Source: an uncultured Phycisphaeraceae bacterium (GTDB lineage Bacteria > Planctomycetota > Phycisphaerae > Phycisphaerales > Phycisphaeraceae). Taken from it: 64,000 nt of DNA. Below the pieces are notes generated by a model, which saw only the letters and a list, made by a program, of their open reading frames with translations, was not told the DNA's origin and searched no databases. Location: NCBI GenBank assembly GCA_964542875.1, contig CAZIWA010000014.1, positions 1-64,000 of the forward strand, in the 5' to 3' direction. Shown piece after piece: positions 19,057 to 28,932 of this stretch. A program made the position numbers and the translations under genes. Position 1 is the stretch's first letter. Each line of letters opens with the position of its first letter.

Positions 19057-19557
19057 ATGACCACCAAGAAGAAGTCCACATACGAAGAACGCGAAGCCGA
19101 GCGCGCCAACCGTGACCCCATCACCGGCACACCCGGCGCACATCCCGTAGGTGTCGGCGTCGGCGCCACCGGCGGCGGCGCGGCTGGTGCTGCCATCGGC
19201 GCCGTCGCAGGCGGCCCCATCGGTGCTGCCGCCGGCGCAGCCATTGGCGCTGTCGCAGGCGCACTGGCCGGCAAGAGCACCGCAGAGGCCATCGACCCCA
19301 CCGTCGAAGACGCCTACTGGCGCAACGCCTACAAGACTCGCCCGTACTACGTTTCCGGCCTCGTTTATGACGAGTACGAGCCCGCTTACCGCTACGGCTA
19401 CGAAAGCGTCTCCCGCTACCCCGGCAAAACCTGGGACGAAACCGCCGCCGAGCTGGAATCCGGTTGGGAAAAGGCCAAGCGCAAATCCTCCCTGGGCTGG
19501 GACAAGGCCAAGCACGCCGCCCGTGATGCCTGGGAACGCGTCACCGGCAAAAAGTAA
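19057..19557 (+). CDS. glycine-zipper stress-type protein of unknown function
   Basis: AAGGAG RBS. Gly/Ala-zipper repeat (GATGGGAAGAAIGAVAGGPIGAAAGAAIGAVAGALAG) followed by an aromatic/charged C-terminal domain. Confidence 0.55.
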   Translation: MTTKKKSTYEEREAERANRDPITGTPGAHPVGVGVGATGGGAAGAAIGAVAGGPIGAAAGAAIGAVAGALAGKSTAEAIDPTVEDAYWRNAYKTRPYYVSGLVYDEYEPAYRYGYESVSRYPGKTWDETAAELESGWEKAKRKSSLGWDKAKHAARDAWERVTGKK

Positions 19558-19592
19558 TTCATCGCGCTTCTATGTGATCGAAAGGCAAAGCC

Positions 19593-19799
19593 ATGCCCCG
19601 CTCAAGCAAAAGTAAATCGGCCTACACCGACAAACAAAAGCGGCAGGCCGAACACATTGAAGACAGCTACAAGGCAAAAGGCTCAAGCACCAAGCGTGCC
19701 GAGCGAATCGCCTGGGCCACCGTCAACAAACAAGACGGCGGCGGCAAAAAATCCGGCTCAGGCCGCAAAGCCGCCGCCAAATCCAAATCCCGCAAATAA
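19593..19799 (+). CDS. small basic protein (68 aa), KGG/stress-protein-like
   Basis: ATG with an AAAGG RBS. Lys/Arg-rich with a GGGKKSGSG tract. It overlaps the artefactual N-terminal extension of the track's 19657-20733 ORF. Confidence 0.4.
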   Translation: MPRSSKSKSAYTDKQKRQAEHIEDSYKAKGSSTKRAERIAWATVNKQDGGGKKSGSGRKAAAKSKSRK

Positions 19800-19827
19800 A
19801 CAAAAACCTTACCCAAGGAGTCCTCCC

Positions 19828-20733
19828 ATGTTTACCAGAACATCCCTCATCGCAATGGCCGTTGTTTTATCCTCCGGCACACTCGCCATGGCCGATGCGC
19901 CGGCCGCAAACGCCATCCCCCCCGCACCCTCCAAATACACCGACGGCGGCCCCAAGCCCCTGGACACCTCCATCAAGCCCAATGAGGTTAAACGCCTCTC
20001 GCGCTACATCTCCGGCCGCGAGGTGTTCAATGAAAAGGGTGACCAGATCGGCACGGTTCAGGACATCGTGCTCGACGGCCCCACCTGCGGGCTCAGCTAC
20101 GCAGTCCTGTCCTATTCCGGCTCGGACAAGCTTTTTGCAGTACCCTGGCACGCCTTCCACCGCAAGGTGGACGACACCGAAAAGCTTTATCTCTACCAAT
20201 CCACCGACGTCCTTAAGAACGCCCCCGGCTTCCCCAAGGACCAGTGGCCCAACACCGCCGACCCGGCCTTCCGCTCCCAGGTCGACCCCTACTATGACTC
20301 CATCGCCAAGGACAAGGATCGCGCGGTGAAGGACAAGGAATTGTCCACCAAGACCGGTCCCGTCAAGGACGGTCTGGTCTGGAGCCGCCGCTCCAGCGCC
20401 ATCATCGATGCCAAGGTCATCAACAAGCAGGACGAAGAAATCGGCGTCATCAAGGACATCGTCTTCAATCCCCGCACCGGCGTCGTCCATTACGCCGTCC
20501 TCTCCTACGGCGGATTCCTGGGCAAGGGCGACAAACTCTTCGCCGTTCCCATCAGCGCCCTCGACAGCAAGGTAGACCAGAAGGTCTTCGTGCTTGATGT
20601 CACCAAGGACTACCTGGCCAATGCCCCCGGCTTTGACAAGGAAGCCTGGCCCCGCTGGGACGACGAGGAAATGCGCGTCCGCCTGGACGAGTACTACCGC
20701 GTCTCCAATCGCAAAGCCCCCGTGGCCAAGTAA
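19828..20733 (+). CDS. secreted protein with two PRC-barrel domains
   Basis: ATG at 19828 with an AAGGAG RBS and a signal peptide. Two repeats of a PRC-barrel-like pattern (VFNEKGDQIGTVQDIVLDGPTCGLSYAVLSYSG / VINKQDEEIGVIKDIVFNPRTGVVHYAVLSYGG). Confidence 0.6.
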   Translation: MFTRTSLIAMAVVLSSGTLAMADAPAANAIPPAPSKYTDGGPKPLDTSIKPNEVKRLSRYISGREVFNEKGDQIGTVQDIVLDGPTCGLSYAVLSYSGSDKLFAVPWHAFHRKVDDTEKLYLYQSTDVLKNAPGFPKDQWPNTADPAFRSQVDPYYDSIAKDKDRAVKDKELSTKTGPVKDGLVWSRRSSAIIDAKVINKQDEEIGVIKDIVFNPRTGVVHYAVLSYGGFLGKGDKLFAVPISALDSKVDQKVFVLDVTKDYLANAPGFDKEAWPRWDDEEMRVRLDEYYRVSNRKAPVAK

Positions 20734-20759
20734 GCCGCACACAACATAGCCCCCAGTAG

Positions 20760-20795
20760 CGCCCGGTAAGGATTCGTCCTTCCGGGCGTTTCATT
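20760..20795 (+). terminator. Rho-independent terminator-like hairpin
   Basis: Interrupted stem (CGCCCGG/CCGGGCG outer and AAGGA/TCCTT inner around a TTCG tetraloop), then TTTCATTT. Confidence 0.55.
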
Positions 20796-21044
20796 TACTG
20801 GCCAACACCGTCCGCATAGCCTCGTGACTTTTCTGGAGCGCCCAAATGGCCCGGCGCTATCGGCTTTGCTCATAGCACTCAGATCGGTCGGATTAAACAT
20901 CCTCGTGCAATCCGGCATCCCGTTTGACCGCCGGAAACCACCTCCTCGCATCTCTTGCTCACCAAAAGCAAAACAGCCCAGGATGAAGCTTGGCACAATT
21001 ACTTCATCCTGGGCCCTGAGCCCGCAACGGTATTTTTCAACCCA

Positions 21045-21296
21045 CTATTTCATGGGTTCCAGCTTGATCTCAGAGCCTGTTGCTTCGTCCACCAGCTCGC
21101 GCTGGGCTTCTTCCCAGTTCTTCGCGTCGCATCCCTCCCGCCGGCCGTTACGCACATAGATCTGATACGCACGTACGGCGATCGCCTCCTGCGTCAGGCT
21201 CTTGGCAATCTCCAGGCGCTTCATATGCACGCCAAAATCTTCAGGATCAACCGAAGGCTTCATCAGTGCAACCGTAAAAGCTTGTTTGCGGGTCAT
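21045..21296 (-). CDS. DUF2934-family small protein
   Basis: 83-aa ORF containing AIAVRAYQIYVRNGRREGCDAKNWEEAQREL, which matches the conserved DUF2934 core (AY..W..RG.P.G.D..DW..AE.EL). Confidence 0.55.
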   Translation of the reverse strand: MTRKQAFTVALMKPSVDPEDFGVHMKRLEIAKSLTQEAIAVRAYQIYVRNGRREGCDAKNWEEAQRELVDEATGSEIKLEPMK

Positions 21297-21458
21297 GGCT
21301 CACCTCAAATGAATCTCGTTCACTTTCAATCGATCTGACTAAAATAATGCCTCATATACCCCCTTGATACCGGTATTTGCCCGCATCCATAGGCATCTTT
21401 CGTCCTACGACAGGTAAGAAATTCCCTGACGCCCCCTCATGCCCCTGCATACATCGGT

Positions 21459-21890
21459 TTAAGAGCTTGAAACCAGCCCGGCGCCTACGCAGATAAGCAC
21501 TGTCCCCAGCAGCACTTTCGTTACATTCAAGTCCTGCCATTCTGAAAAAACCCAGGCCGCCAGCAACACGGATACAAGCGCGCTGGCATTGGTCAGCGGG
21601 CCCACCACCGCCACCGGCAGCTTCAGGGTGGTAAATGCATACGTCATGCACGCGCCGGCCAGTCCCCATGTCACGCCTGCCCCTGCCGCCGCCCACCACG
21701 CGCGCGTAGACCCGGCATGTCCGCCAAACAGCATTGCAATGGCGCCAAGGGCCGTCACCGCCAGCCCAACCACAAAAAGATAAGTCGGGGTGGAGATCCC
21801 CTCTTTGGTGCTCTGCTTCATCAGCACGGTGCTGATGCCAAACAGCAGCGCCGGCAATATCCCGCCGATCAATATGCCATAGATTTTCAC
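21459..21890 (-). CDS. small multi-TM membrane protein (DMT/EamA-like half-transporter, tentative)
   Basis: 143-aa protein with four predicted TM helices, starting MKIYGILIGGILPALLFG. Confidence 0.45.
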   Translation of the reverse strand: MKIYGILIGGILPALLFGISTVLMKQSTKEGISTPTYLFVVGLAVTALGAIAMLFGGHAGSTRAWWAAAGAGVTWGLAGACMTYAFTTLKLPVAVVGPLTNASALVSVLLAAWVFSEWQDLNVTKVLLGTVLICVGAGLVSSS

Positions 21891-21899
21891 AACATGGCT

Positions 21900-23050
21900 C
21901 TATTCATGGTGAGGGGGTTTCACATGTACCAGGCTCGGGCGGGAGACGCCCGGCCGGCTCACTTTCTGGGACGGCTTGGGGTGCCGGGTGCCTGGTGTCT
22001 TGGTCAGTTTGATCGCCCGTCCCGTTTTGGCTGAGCGTAACAGTGCTTGAATCACCCGCACGTCCGCCAGGCCTTCTTCACCGCCTGGTTCAGGCTTACG
22101 GCCTTTCTTCACGCAATCGGAAAAGTAGATAAGCTCCGCTCCAAACTGGTCGTGCTTCTTTACGCTGTGTTCCTTGGTCTGTCCTTTGACGGTCAGCCAA
22201 TAGCTCATCTCATTGGCGTATTCGTAGGCGCTCTCCACGCACAGGTCCCCCTTGGTGCCCACGAGTTGGTAATTGGCCACATCCGCGGCGCCGAAGCTGC
22301 AAACAAAAGAAGCCAGTCGGTTCCCGGGAAAACGCAGGATCGCCGTGGTCATTTCATCGACATCCTTGAAGCGCCGATCCCCGCTGCTTGCGGAAAACGC
22401 CATCACTTCCTCCGGCTCAGCCTGAAACAGATACCGCGCCGCGTTGAGGCAGTAGATCCCGATGTCGTACAAAGGCCCGCCACCGCGTGCGGCATCCAGA
22501 CGGATGTTGTCCGGATCAGTCACCTGCATCGTGAAAACAGAACTGAAGATCTTCACCTCTCCCAACTTCTTGGAGATGGCCGTTTTCACCGCCTGCAGGT
22601 TCGTATGCTCCAGATGCAGCCTGTAGGCGATCATCAGCCGCACATCGTTGCGCCGGCACGCGGTGATCATCGCTTTGCATTTGGTTTCCGTCACGTCCAT
22701 CGGCTTCTCGCACAGCACATGCACGCCCGCCTTGGCCGCGCGAATGGCGTATTCGGCATGCATGGTGTTGGGCAGCGCGATGTACACCGCGTCGATTTCT
22801 CCGCTCCGTAGCAGTTCGTCATAGCCGTCGTACCCGCACAGCCGGCTCACCTGGTATTGCCTGCCCAGGCGTTTAAGCTTCACTGGATCGTCAGACACCA
22901 GCGCAGACAGCTCCGAATTCGCCCGCGCAGTTTGGAAGCCAGGCAATACCGCCACTTGGGCGATGTACCCCAGCCCCACGACGGCATAACGCACTTTTGA
23001 GTATTTGTTCGCAATGGATGCACCTTGTTTGGTTGATTGATCGGCTTTCA
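21900..23050 (-). CDS. Gfo/Idh/MocA family NAD(P)-dependent oxidoreductase
   Basis: Rossmann motif VRYAVVGLGYIAQ near the N-terminus, EKP motif (VLCEKPM), about 380 aa. I prefer the ATG at 23050 (MKADQ...) to the track's extended ORF reaching 23297. Confidence 0.75.
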
Positions 23051-23287
23051 TGGCGGCACGGCTCTGCAAAAAAACTGGGGATGGAAGAATCTCCGACACG
23101 TCCACTGAGTGTCGTCGCAAGCGCCGGCGATAAACACCGGGTGATCCCCACTGGCCTCTACGGGAAATCTCCTCATGGCCTCGTGCGCAGTCACCTGATT
23201 GAGCCCCATCCCCTTTCGCCGGACACTGGTTTGTAGCAGCCAGCCTCCTGCGGCTTACCTCAGTGGCATCATCTGAAAGGATCTCCC

Positions 23288-24115
23288 ATGCGGGCAATCT
23301 GGAAAGGCTCCATCAGCTTCGGGCTTGTCTCCATCCCGATCTCTCTCTACCCCGTCGCCCAGCACGATGAACTCAAGTTCCGCATGCTGCGCGCCTCAGA
23401 CCTGAGCCCCATTAACTACAAGCGCGTTGCCGAAGCCGACGGCAAGGAAGTCCCCTGGGCCAACATCGTTAAAGGTTACGAATATGAAAAGGGGAAATTC
23501 ATCGTCCTGCGCGAGGAAGACTTCGCCCGTGTCGATGTGGAAGCCACGCAGACCGTAGACATCATGCACTTCATCAAAGCTTCAGAGCTCAACCCCCTTC
23601 TCTTCTACAAGCCCTACTGCATGGAAGTCGGCAAAGGCGGAGACCGGCCCTACGCCCTGCTCTGCGAAGCACTCAGCAAATCCCAAAAAGTGGCCATCGC
23701 CAAAGTCGTCATCAAAACCCGGCAATACCTCGCCGCCATCAAGCCGCAGGACAACGCACTCATCCTGGAACTCATGCACTTTCCCGATGAACTCCAGAAC
23801 CCAGCCGACTTCAAACTCCCCGCTCAAAAGACCATCGCCAAACCTGAGATGAACATGGCCATGCAGCTCATCGACAGCATGACCACCAAGTGGAACCCTG
23901 ATGACTATCAGGACGACTACCACCAGGCCGTAGAAAAAATGATCGAAGAAAAAGTCGCTCACGAAGAAAAAGGCGCCAAGCTTCCCCCCGTCAAGAAGCC
24001 AAAGAAAACCAAGGCCCCCACCGATCTGGTCGCCGTGCTCCAGCAGAGCCTCAAGGAGCGCAAAACGCGCCCCACTCCTCATGCTTCTGCCCGGGCCAGC
24101 CATCGGCTCCATTAA
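23288..24115 (+). CDS. ku: Ku protein (NHEJ DNA end-binding)
   Basis: MRAIWKGSISFGLVSIPISLYPV is the canonical bacterial Ku N-terminus. About 275 aa with a Lys-rich C-terminal tail. Confidence 0.9.
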   Translation: MRAIWKGSISFGLVSIPISLYPVAQHDELKFRMLRASDLSPINYKRVAEADGKEVPWANIVKGYEYEKGKFIVLREEDFARVDVEATQTVDIMHFIKASELNPLLFYKPYCMEVGKGGDRPYALLCEALSKSQKVAIAKVVIKTRQYLAAIKPQDNALILELMHFPDELQNPADFKLPAQKTIAKPEMNMAMQLIDSMTTKWNPDDYQDDYHQAVEKMIEEKVAHEEKGAKLPPVKKPKKTKAPTDLVAVLQQSLKERKTRPTPHASARASHRLH

Positions 24116-24143
24116 CCGTCTTCCACTCCCCCAAAGGCCCGCC

Positions 24144-24791
24144 ATGACGCGCAAATTCTTCCATGACAACGGCCTTTCTATCGCTGTTCTGGGGCTTTTC
24201 GTCCTTTTTTTCCTCGGCCAGACCTGGGTCGGCTGGATCGACTTCAACAACAACCAGGTCGACCATCATCACCCGCAAGTTTCGCTTCCCACTTACCTCA
24301 CCACAGGCGCTTTCGGTGAAGCGGTTTTCGAAAACTGGGAAAGTGAATTCCTTCAGATGGGGCTCTATGTCATCCTCACCGCCAAGCTCGTCCAACGCGG
24401 CTCCGCCGAGTCCAAAGACCCGTATGGCGATGCCATCGATCCCGCACCTCAGCCCGACAGCCCACCTCTCTCCAAAACCTCCGGCTGGCGTTCCTGGTGC
24501 TACAGCCACTCCCTCTCCGCAGCCCTTCTTCTCCTGTTTGCCGTCTCCTTCTTTGGCCACGCCGTCTGCGGCGTTCATCAATACAACGACCAGGCCCTTG
24601 AGCACGGTCACCCCGCCGTTGGTGTGCTGGGCTACATGGCCTCTGCCCGTTTCTGGTTTGAGTCCCTGCAGAATTGGCAAAGTGAATTTCTCGCCATCGC
24701 CAGCCTCGTCATCCTTTCCATCTGGCTTCGTGAAAAAGACTCTCCCGAATCCAAGGGAGTCACCGCACCGCACTCCCAAACCGGCAAGTGA
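24144..24791 (+). CDS. four-TM membrane protein with internal duplication, unknown function
   Basis: ATG at 24144 (MTRKFF...). Two repeated modules (FGEAVFENWESEFLQMGLYVILTAKLVQRGSAESK / FWFESLQNWQSEFLAIASLVILSIWLREKDSPESK), each flanked by TM helices. Embedded between ku and ligD. Confidence 0.5.
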   Translation: MTRKFFHDNGLSIAVLGLFVLFFLGQTWVGWIDFNNNQVDHHHPQVSLPTYLTTGAFGEAVFENWESEFLQMGLYVILTAKLVQRGSAESKDPYGDAIDPAPQPDSPPLSKTSGWRSWCYSHSLSAALLLLFAVSFFGHAVCGVHQYNDQALEHGHPAVGVLGYMASARFWFESLQNWQSEFLAIASLVILSIWLREKDSPESKGVTAPHSQTGK

Positions 24792-24803
24792 CAAGGACGC
24801 CCA

Positions 24804-26387
24804 ATGACCCTCAAGCGATACCGGCAAAAACGAGACTTCACCAAAACCGCCGAACCACCCGGTGTGGTTGATAAGAGCACGCAGGACCGTTTTGTCATTC
24901 AAAAGCACGCCGCCTCTCATCTCCATTACGACTTCCGCTTACAGGTCAATGGCACCCTCAAATCCTGGGCTGTTCCCAAAGGTATTCCTTATGCCCCGGG
25001 TGAGCGCCGGCTGGCCATCGAAGTGGAAGACCACCCCGTCTCCTACATTCAATTTGAAGGCACCATCCCCAAAGGCCAGTACGGCGGGGGCACCGTCATG
25101 GTCTGGGATCAAGGCACCTACCAGCCCATCGGACCAGACCCCGCAGCCCAGCTCCGCAAAGGCAAACTCCACTTCCATCTCACCGGCACAAAGCTAAACG
25201 GCCAATGGCATCTGGTGCGCATGAGCCAATCCAATCAATGGCTCCTCATCAAAAGCGCTCCCGGCATGCGCCCACTCTCGAAAAAGACCGAGGACACCTC
25301 CGCCCTCACCGGCCGCACCATGGCTCAAATCACTGATGCCGATCCCTCCAAGCCCACAAAACCCGCACTCAAAGCCCCCAAGCCCAAACCATCCCGCGCC
25401 CGAAAGCAATCCATCCTGCCCTTTGTGGAGCCCATGAAAGCCCTCCTGGTCGACGCTCCCCCACCCGGGGACTGGCTGTACGAAATCAAATTCGACGGCT
25501 TCCGCGCCCTGGCCTTTAAAAACCAGGACGCCATCCAGCTCCTCTCCCGCAACAACAAAAACTTTGCCGATCGCTTCCCGGAAGTTATCGACTCCCTCAC
25601 CCAACTCAACGAGCAGAACATCGTGCTCGACGGTGAAATCGTCGCCCTCACCCCTGACGGCCACTCCTCTTTCCAGCTCCTTCAGGCCTACCAGCTCGGC
25701 GAAGAAAAACCACCCATCTGCTACTACGTTTTCGACATCCTCTGGCACGACGGAAAAGACCTCCGCCCACTTCCCCTCCACGAGCGCCGTGCCCTCTTAA
25801 AAACCCTTCTCGCCAAACCGCCCGACGGCATCCGCTATTCAGACTCGTTCGAGGGTTCCCCGAAAAAACTCCTCAAGCATGCCCAGAAACTCGGCTTGGA
25901 AGGCCTCGTTGCCAAGCGACCGGACTCCGCCTACGAAACCGGCAAGCGCTCGGGCGCATGGGTGAAATTAAAACTTCTCAACCAGCAGGAATTCGTCATC
26001 GGCGGCTTCACCCCACCCTCTGGCTCACGCAAATACATCGGTGCCCTCACCTTGGGCGTACGCGAAAAGGACAATTGGGTCTTCACCGGGAAAGTCGGCA
26101 CCGGCTTCACCCAGGCCACCCTCAAAGCCTTGCACGCCCGGCTCATGCCGCTGGCCACAGACCAATGCCCGTTCTCAAACCTCCCTCAAACCAAGCGATC
26201 CCGCTACGGCCAGGCCATCACCGCCGCAGAGCTCAAACGCTGCCAGTGGGTTAAGCCTCAGCTCGTGGCGCAAATCAAGTTCGCCGGTTGGACACGCGAT
26301 CAAATGCTCCGTCAACCCGTCTTTCTGGGCCTGCGTGAAGACAAGCCCGCGATTGAAGTCGTTAAAGAAAAGGCCAAACACCCATGA
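24804..26387 (+). CDS. ligD: LigD phosphoesterase domain fused to ATP-dependent DNA ligase domain
   Basis: N-terminus LKRYRQKRDFTKTAEPPG...HYDFRL (LigD 3'-phosphoesterase). Ligase motif I KFDGFRA (adenylation lysine). C-terminal OB-fold region. Confidence 0.85.
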   Translation: MTLKRYRQKRDFTKTAEPPGVVDKSTQDRFVIQKHAASHLHYDFRLQVNGTLKSWAVPKGIPYAPGERRLAIEVEDHPVSYIQFEGTIPKGQYGGGTVMVWDQGTYQPIGPDPAAQLRKGKLHFHLTGTKLNGQWHLVRMSQSNQWLLIKSAPGMRPLSKKTEDTSALTGRTMAQITDADPSKPTKPALKAPKPKPSRARKQSILPFVEPMKALLVDAPPPGDWLYEIKFDGFRALAFKNQDAIQLLSRNNKNFADRFPEVIDSLTQLNEQNIVLDGEIVALTPDGHSSFQLLQAYQLGEEKPPICYYVFDILWHDGKDLRPLPLHERRALLKTLLAKPPDGIRYSDSFEGSPKKLLKHAQKLGLEGLVAKRPDSAYETGKRSGAWVKLKLLNQQEFVIGGFTPPSGSRKYIGALTLGVREKDNWVFTGKVGTGFTQATLKALHARLMPLATDQCPFSNLPQTKRSRYGQAITAAELKRCQWVKPQLVAQIKFAGWTRDQMLRQPVFLGLREDKPAIEVVKEKAKHP

Positions 26388-27319
26388 GCCAATCCACCAC
26401 ACTCGATGTCGACGGCACCCCCGTTCCCGTCAGCAACCTGCAAAAAGTCCTCTACCCCAAGGCGGGCTTCACCAAGGGCAACGTCATCGACTATTACATT
26501 CAGGTCGCCGATGCTCTCCTGCCTCACCTCAAAGACCGTGCCATCACCCTTAAGCGCTATCCCGACGGCGTCGAAGGCTTTTTCTTCTACGAAAAAAAAT
26601 GTCCGGCTCACCGCCCCGACTGGATCAAAACAACCACCGTTCCGAAAAAAGACGGCGAGATCGATTACTGCGTCCTGGGCGACCTGCCCTCGCTGGTCTG
26701 GGCCGCAAACCTCGCAGACCTGGAGCTTCACACCTTCCTCCACCGTGCCAAGGCCCCGGCGCGCCCAACTGCACTCGCTTTCGATCTTGACCCCGGCGCT
26801 CCCGCCGATGTCCTGGCCTGCGCCAAAGTCGCCACCCTCATCCATGACGCCTTCAAATCCTTAAAACTCGAATCCTTCGTGAAAACCTCCGGCTCCAAAG
26901 GCCTTCAGTTGTACGTCCCCCTGAACACCCCATCCACTTACGAAAAAACCAAGGAGTGCGCCCACAGCCTTGCCGTTCAACTTGAAAACAAGTTCCCTAA
27001 GCTGGTCGTCTCCAACATGCGCAAAGAGCTTCGCAAAGGAAAAGTCTTCGTGGACTGGAGCCAGAACGACGACCATAAAACCACTGTCTGCGTCTACTCG
27101 CTCCGTGCAAAAGACAACCCCACCGTCTCCACGCCAGTCACGTGGAAGGAACTTCAAACCGCACTCTCCAAGGCCGACCCGGCGCTCCTCACATTCGATT
27201 CCAGCCAAGTCATTGCCCGAATCAAACGCTCCGGCGACCTCTTCGCCCCGGTCCTCACCCTCAAACAAAAACTCCCCTCGCTCCAAGCCTTGGATGCCGC
27301 GGTTGCCAAGCTCGCTTAA
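26384..27319 (+). CDS. ligD: LigD polymerase/primase (Pol) domain as a separate ORF
   Basis: Start overlaps the upstream stop (ATGA). Archaeo-eukaryotic primase-like LigD Pol signature (LKRYPDGVEGFFFYEKK..., ...SGSKGLQLYVPL). Confidence 0.8.
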   Translation: MSQSTTLDVDGTPVPVSNLQKVLYPKAGFTKGNVIDYYIQVADALLPHLKDRAITLKRYPDGVEGFFFYEKKCPAHRPDWIKTTTVPKKDGEIDYCVLGDLPSLVWAANLADLELHTFLHRAKAPARPTALAFDLDPGAPADVLACAKVATLIHDAFKSLKLESFVKTSGSKGLQLYVPLNTPSTYEKTKECAHSLAVQLENKFPKLVVSNMRKELRKGKVFVDWSQNDDHKTTVCVYSLRAKDNPTVSTPVTWKELQTALSKADPALLTFDSSQVIARIKRSGDLFAPVLTLKQKLPSLQALDAAVAKLA

Positions 27320-27320
27320 C

Positions 27321-27809
27321 TCATCCTCGTAACCACGCCGTCCCCAGTTGCGAGCACAAATACTGCGCTGTCAGCCTCACCGGGTCGGAGGTTCGTTTCA
27401 CAAAAATCGATGCCGCCAGCGGCCGCGCCGACACCGAAAGCAGTTCATAGCTCATCTCGCTGTCCGGCTTGCTTTGGCACAACGCCACCGGCAATGTCCG
27501 GATGACCCGATAAATCAATTGTCGCTCACTCCGGATATCGCGGCCGGACAAGAACATCATCGTGCAGATCAGATGATTGTGGACGCTCAGTTCACCGATT
27601 CTCGCCGACTGCCCCGGTCCGCTGAGCTTCAAGTGCCATCCTTCAAAGGGCGCCGGCATCTCTCCCTCCCCTGCCCGGATCAGCGCAGCGCATTGTTCCA
27701 TGGTCTGGGAGTCAAATGGCTCTTCAGGAAAGTCGATGCAATCCAACAGTCTGCCGTCATGTCCAATCACCACACCGTACATTGAGGTCGGTTTATCGCT
27801 GAAACTCAT
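27321..27809 (-). CDS. hypothetical protein, paralogue of 13554-14051 (possible Roadblock/LC7-like fold)
   Basis: 162-aa ORF. Shares GVVIGHDGRLLD and ...MMFLSGRDIRSERQLIYRVI motifs with the 13554 protein. Transcribed divergently from the response regulator. Confidence 0.45.
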   Translation of the reverse strand: MSFSDKPTSMYGVVIGHDGRLLDCIDFPEEPFDSQTMEQCAALIRAGEGEMPAPFEGWHLKLSGPGQSARIGELSVHNHLICTMMFLSGRDIRSERQLIYRVIRTLPVALCQSKPDSEMSYELLSVSARPLAASIFVKRTSDPVRLTAQYLCSQLGTAWLRG

Positions 27810-28230
27810 AAGGACCTTCGCTTTGATTCACATGCTCAGGGAACCTCACCGGGCTTCAAAAGGCGTGCCCTCTTTCGACCCGTTTAGGACTTTCCAGAAT
27901 AGTTTTTCCCTTCGGGTTTCCCATCCATGAAATTCCCTCCTTTTCGCGCGGAAAAATCAAAACCATTTCACGGAACATTTCTTACCGCCCATCAGGGATT
28001 TTTTTACATGCTGCCGCCTGATCCCCTGATAGCCGGCCCGCTTACGCGCTTCGGCGGGCAACAGCAATCGCGTCTCCCTTTAAAAACAACCGCCTGCGCC
28101 CCTTCTCTGCCCCGCACCCATCCTCTGAAACCTGTCGTCGCCGTGAGGGATTTCACCGATACCCCGCTCTTTCGATCTTTCCTACTCTGCATTCATACCT
28201 GTTGGGGGTTGTTGTTTTATTTCAGGAACC

Positions 28231-28896
28231 ATGATGACCACCCTCACCCGTCAGACAATCGCACTCGTCGACGATCACCCCATCCTCCGCCAGGGCGTGA
28301 AAATGACCCTCGCCATGGAGCCGGACCTCCACGTGTGTGGCGAAGCAACCAATATTCAAGACGCCCTGAAAGTCATCGAATCCCAGACACCGGACCTCGT
28401 CATAGTCGACATCTGCCTCGACAGTGAAAACGGGCTGGACCTCGTGAAGTATCTCGCCCAGCACGCTCCGCAAATCAGGATCCTTGTCTACTCCGTTCGC
28501 GACGAAGGCATCTACGCACAACGCGCTCTCCAATACGGCGCCACCGGCTACCTCAGCAAAAACTCCGTCTGCAGTGAGCTGATCTCCGCGGTCCGCTCCG
28601 TGCTTCACGGCAAGGTCTACGTCAGCCCCAACATGTCCCGCAAGCTTCTGGAAAAAATGGTCGGCCCGCGCAAGGCCGCCAGCAGCACCGATGCTCCGCT
28701 GGAAAACCTCACTTCACGCGAATTGGAAGTGTTTGAATACCTCGGCTCCGGGCTCACCAGCGCACAGATCGCCGCGCGGCTGGGCGTTTCCAGCAAAACC
28801 GTCGACACCTACAAAGACCATCTCAAGCGCAAGCTCAACTTAAAGTCCGGGCTGGAGCTTCTTCGCTACGCCATGGCGGTCTCACCCCGCCACTAG
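28231..28896 (+). CDS. NarL/FixJ-family response regulator (REC + LuxR-type HTH)
   Basis: Receiver motifs (IALVDDHPILRQG...DLVIVDICLD...) and a C-terminal LuxR HTH (LTSRELEVFEYLGSGLTSAQIAARLGVSSKTVDTYKDHLKRKL). Confidence 0.9.
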   Translation: MMTTLTRQTIALVDDHPILRQGVKMTLAMEPDLHVCGEATNIQDALKVIESQTPDLVIVDICLDSENGLDLVKYLAQHAPQIRILVYSVRDEGIYAQRALQYGATGYLSKNSVCSELISAVRSVLHGKVYVSPNMSRKLLEKMVGPRKAASSTDAPLENLTSRELEVFEYLGSGLTSAQIAARLGVSSKTVDTYKDHLKRKLNLKSGLELLRYAMAVSPRH

Positions 28897-28932
28897 GCGA
28901 AATCCCTCTGTCTCGCCTCCCCGGTTAAGCTC

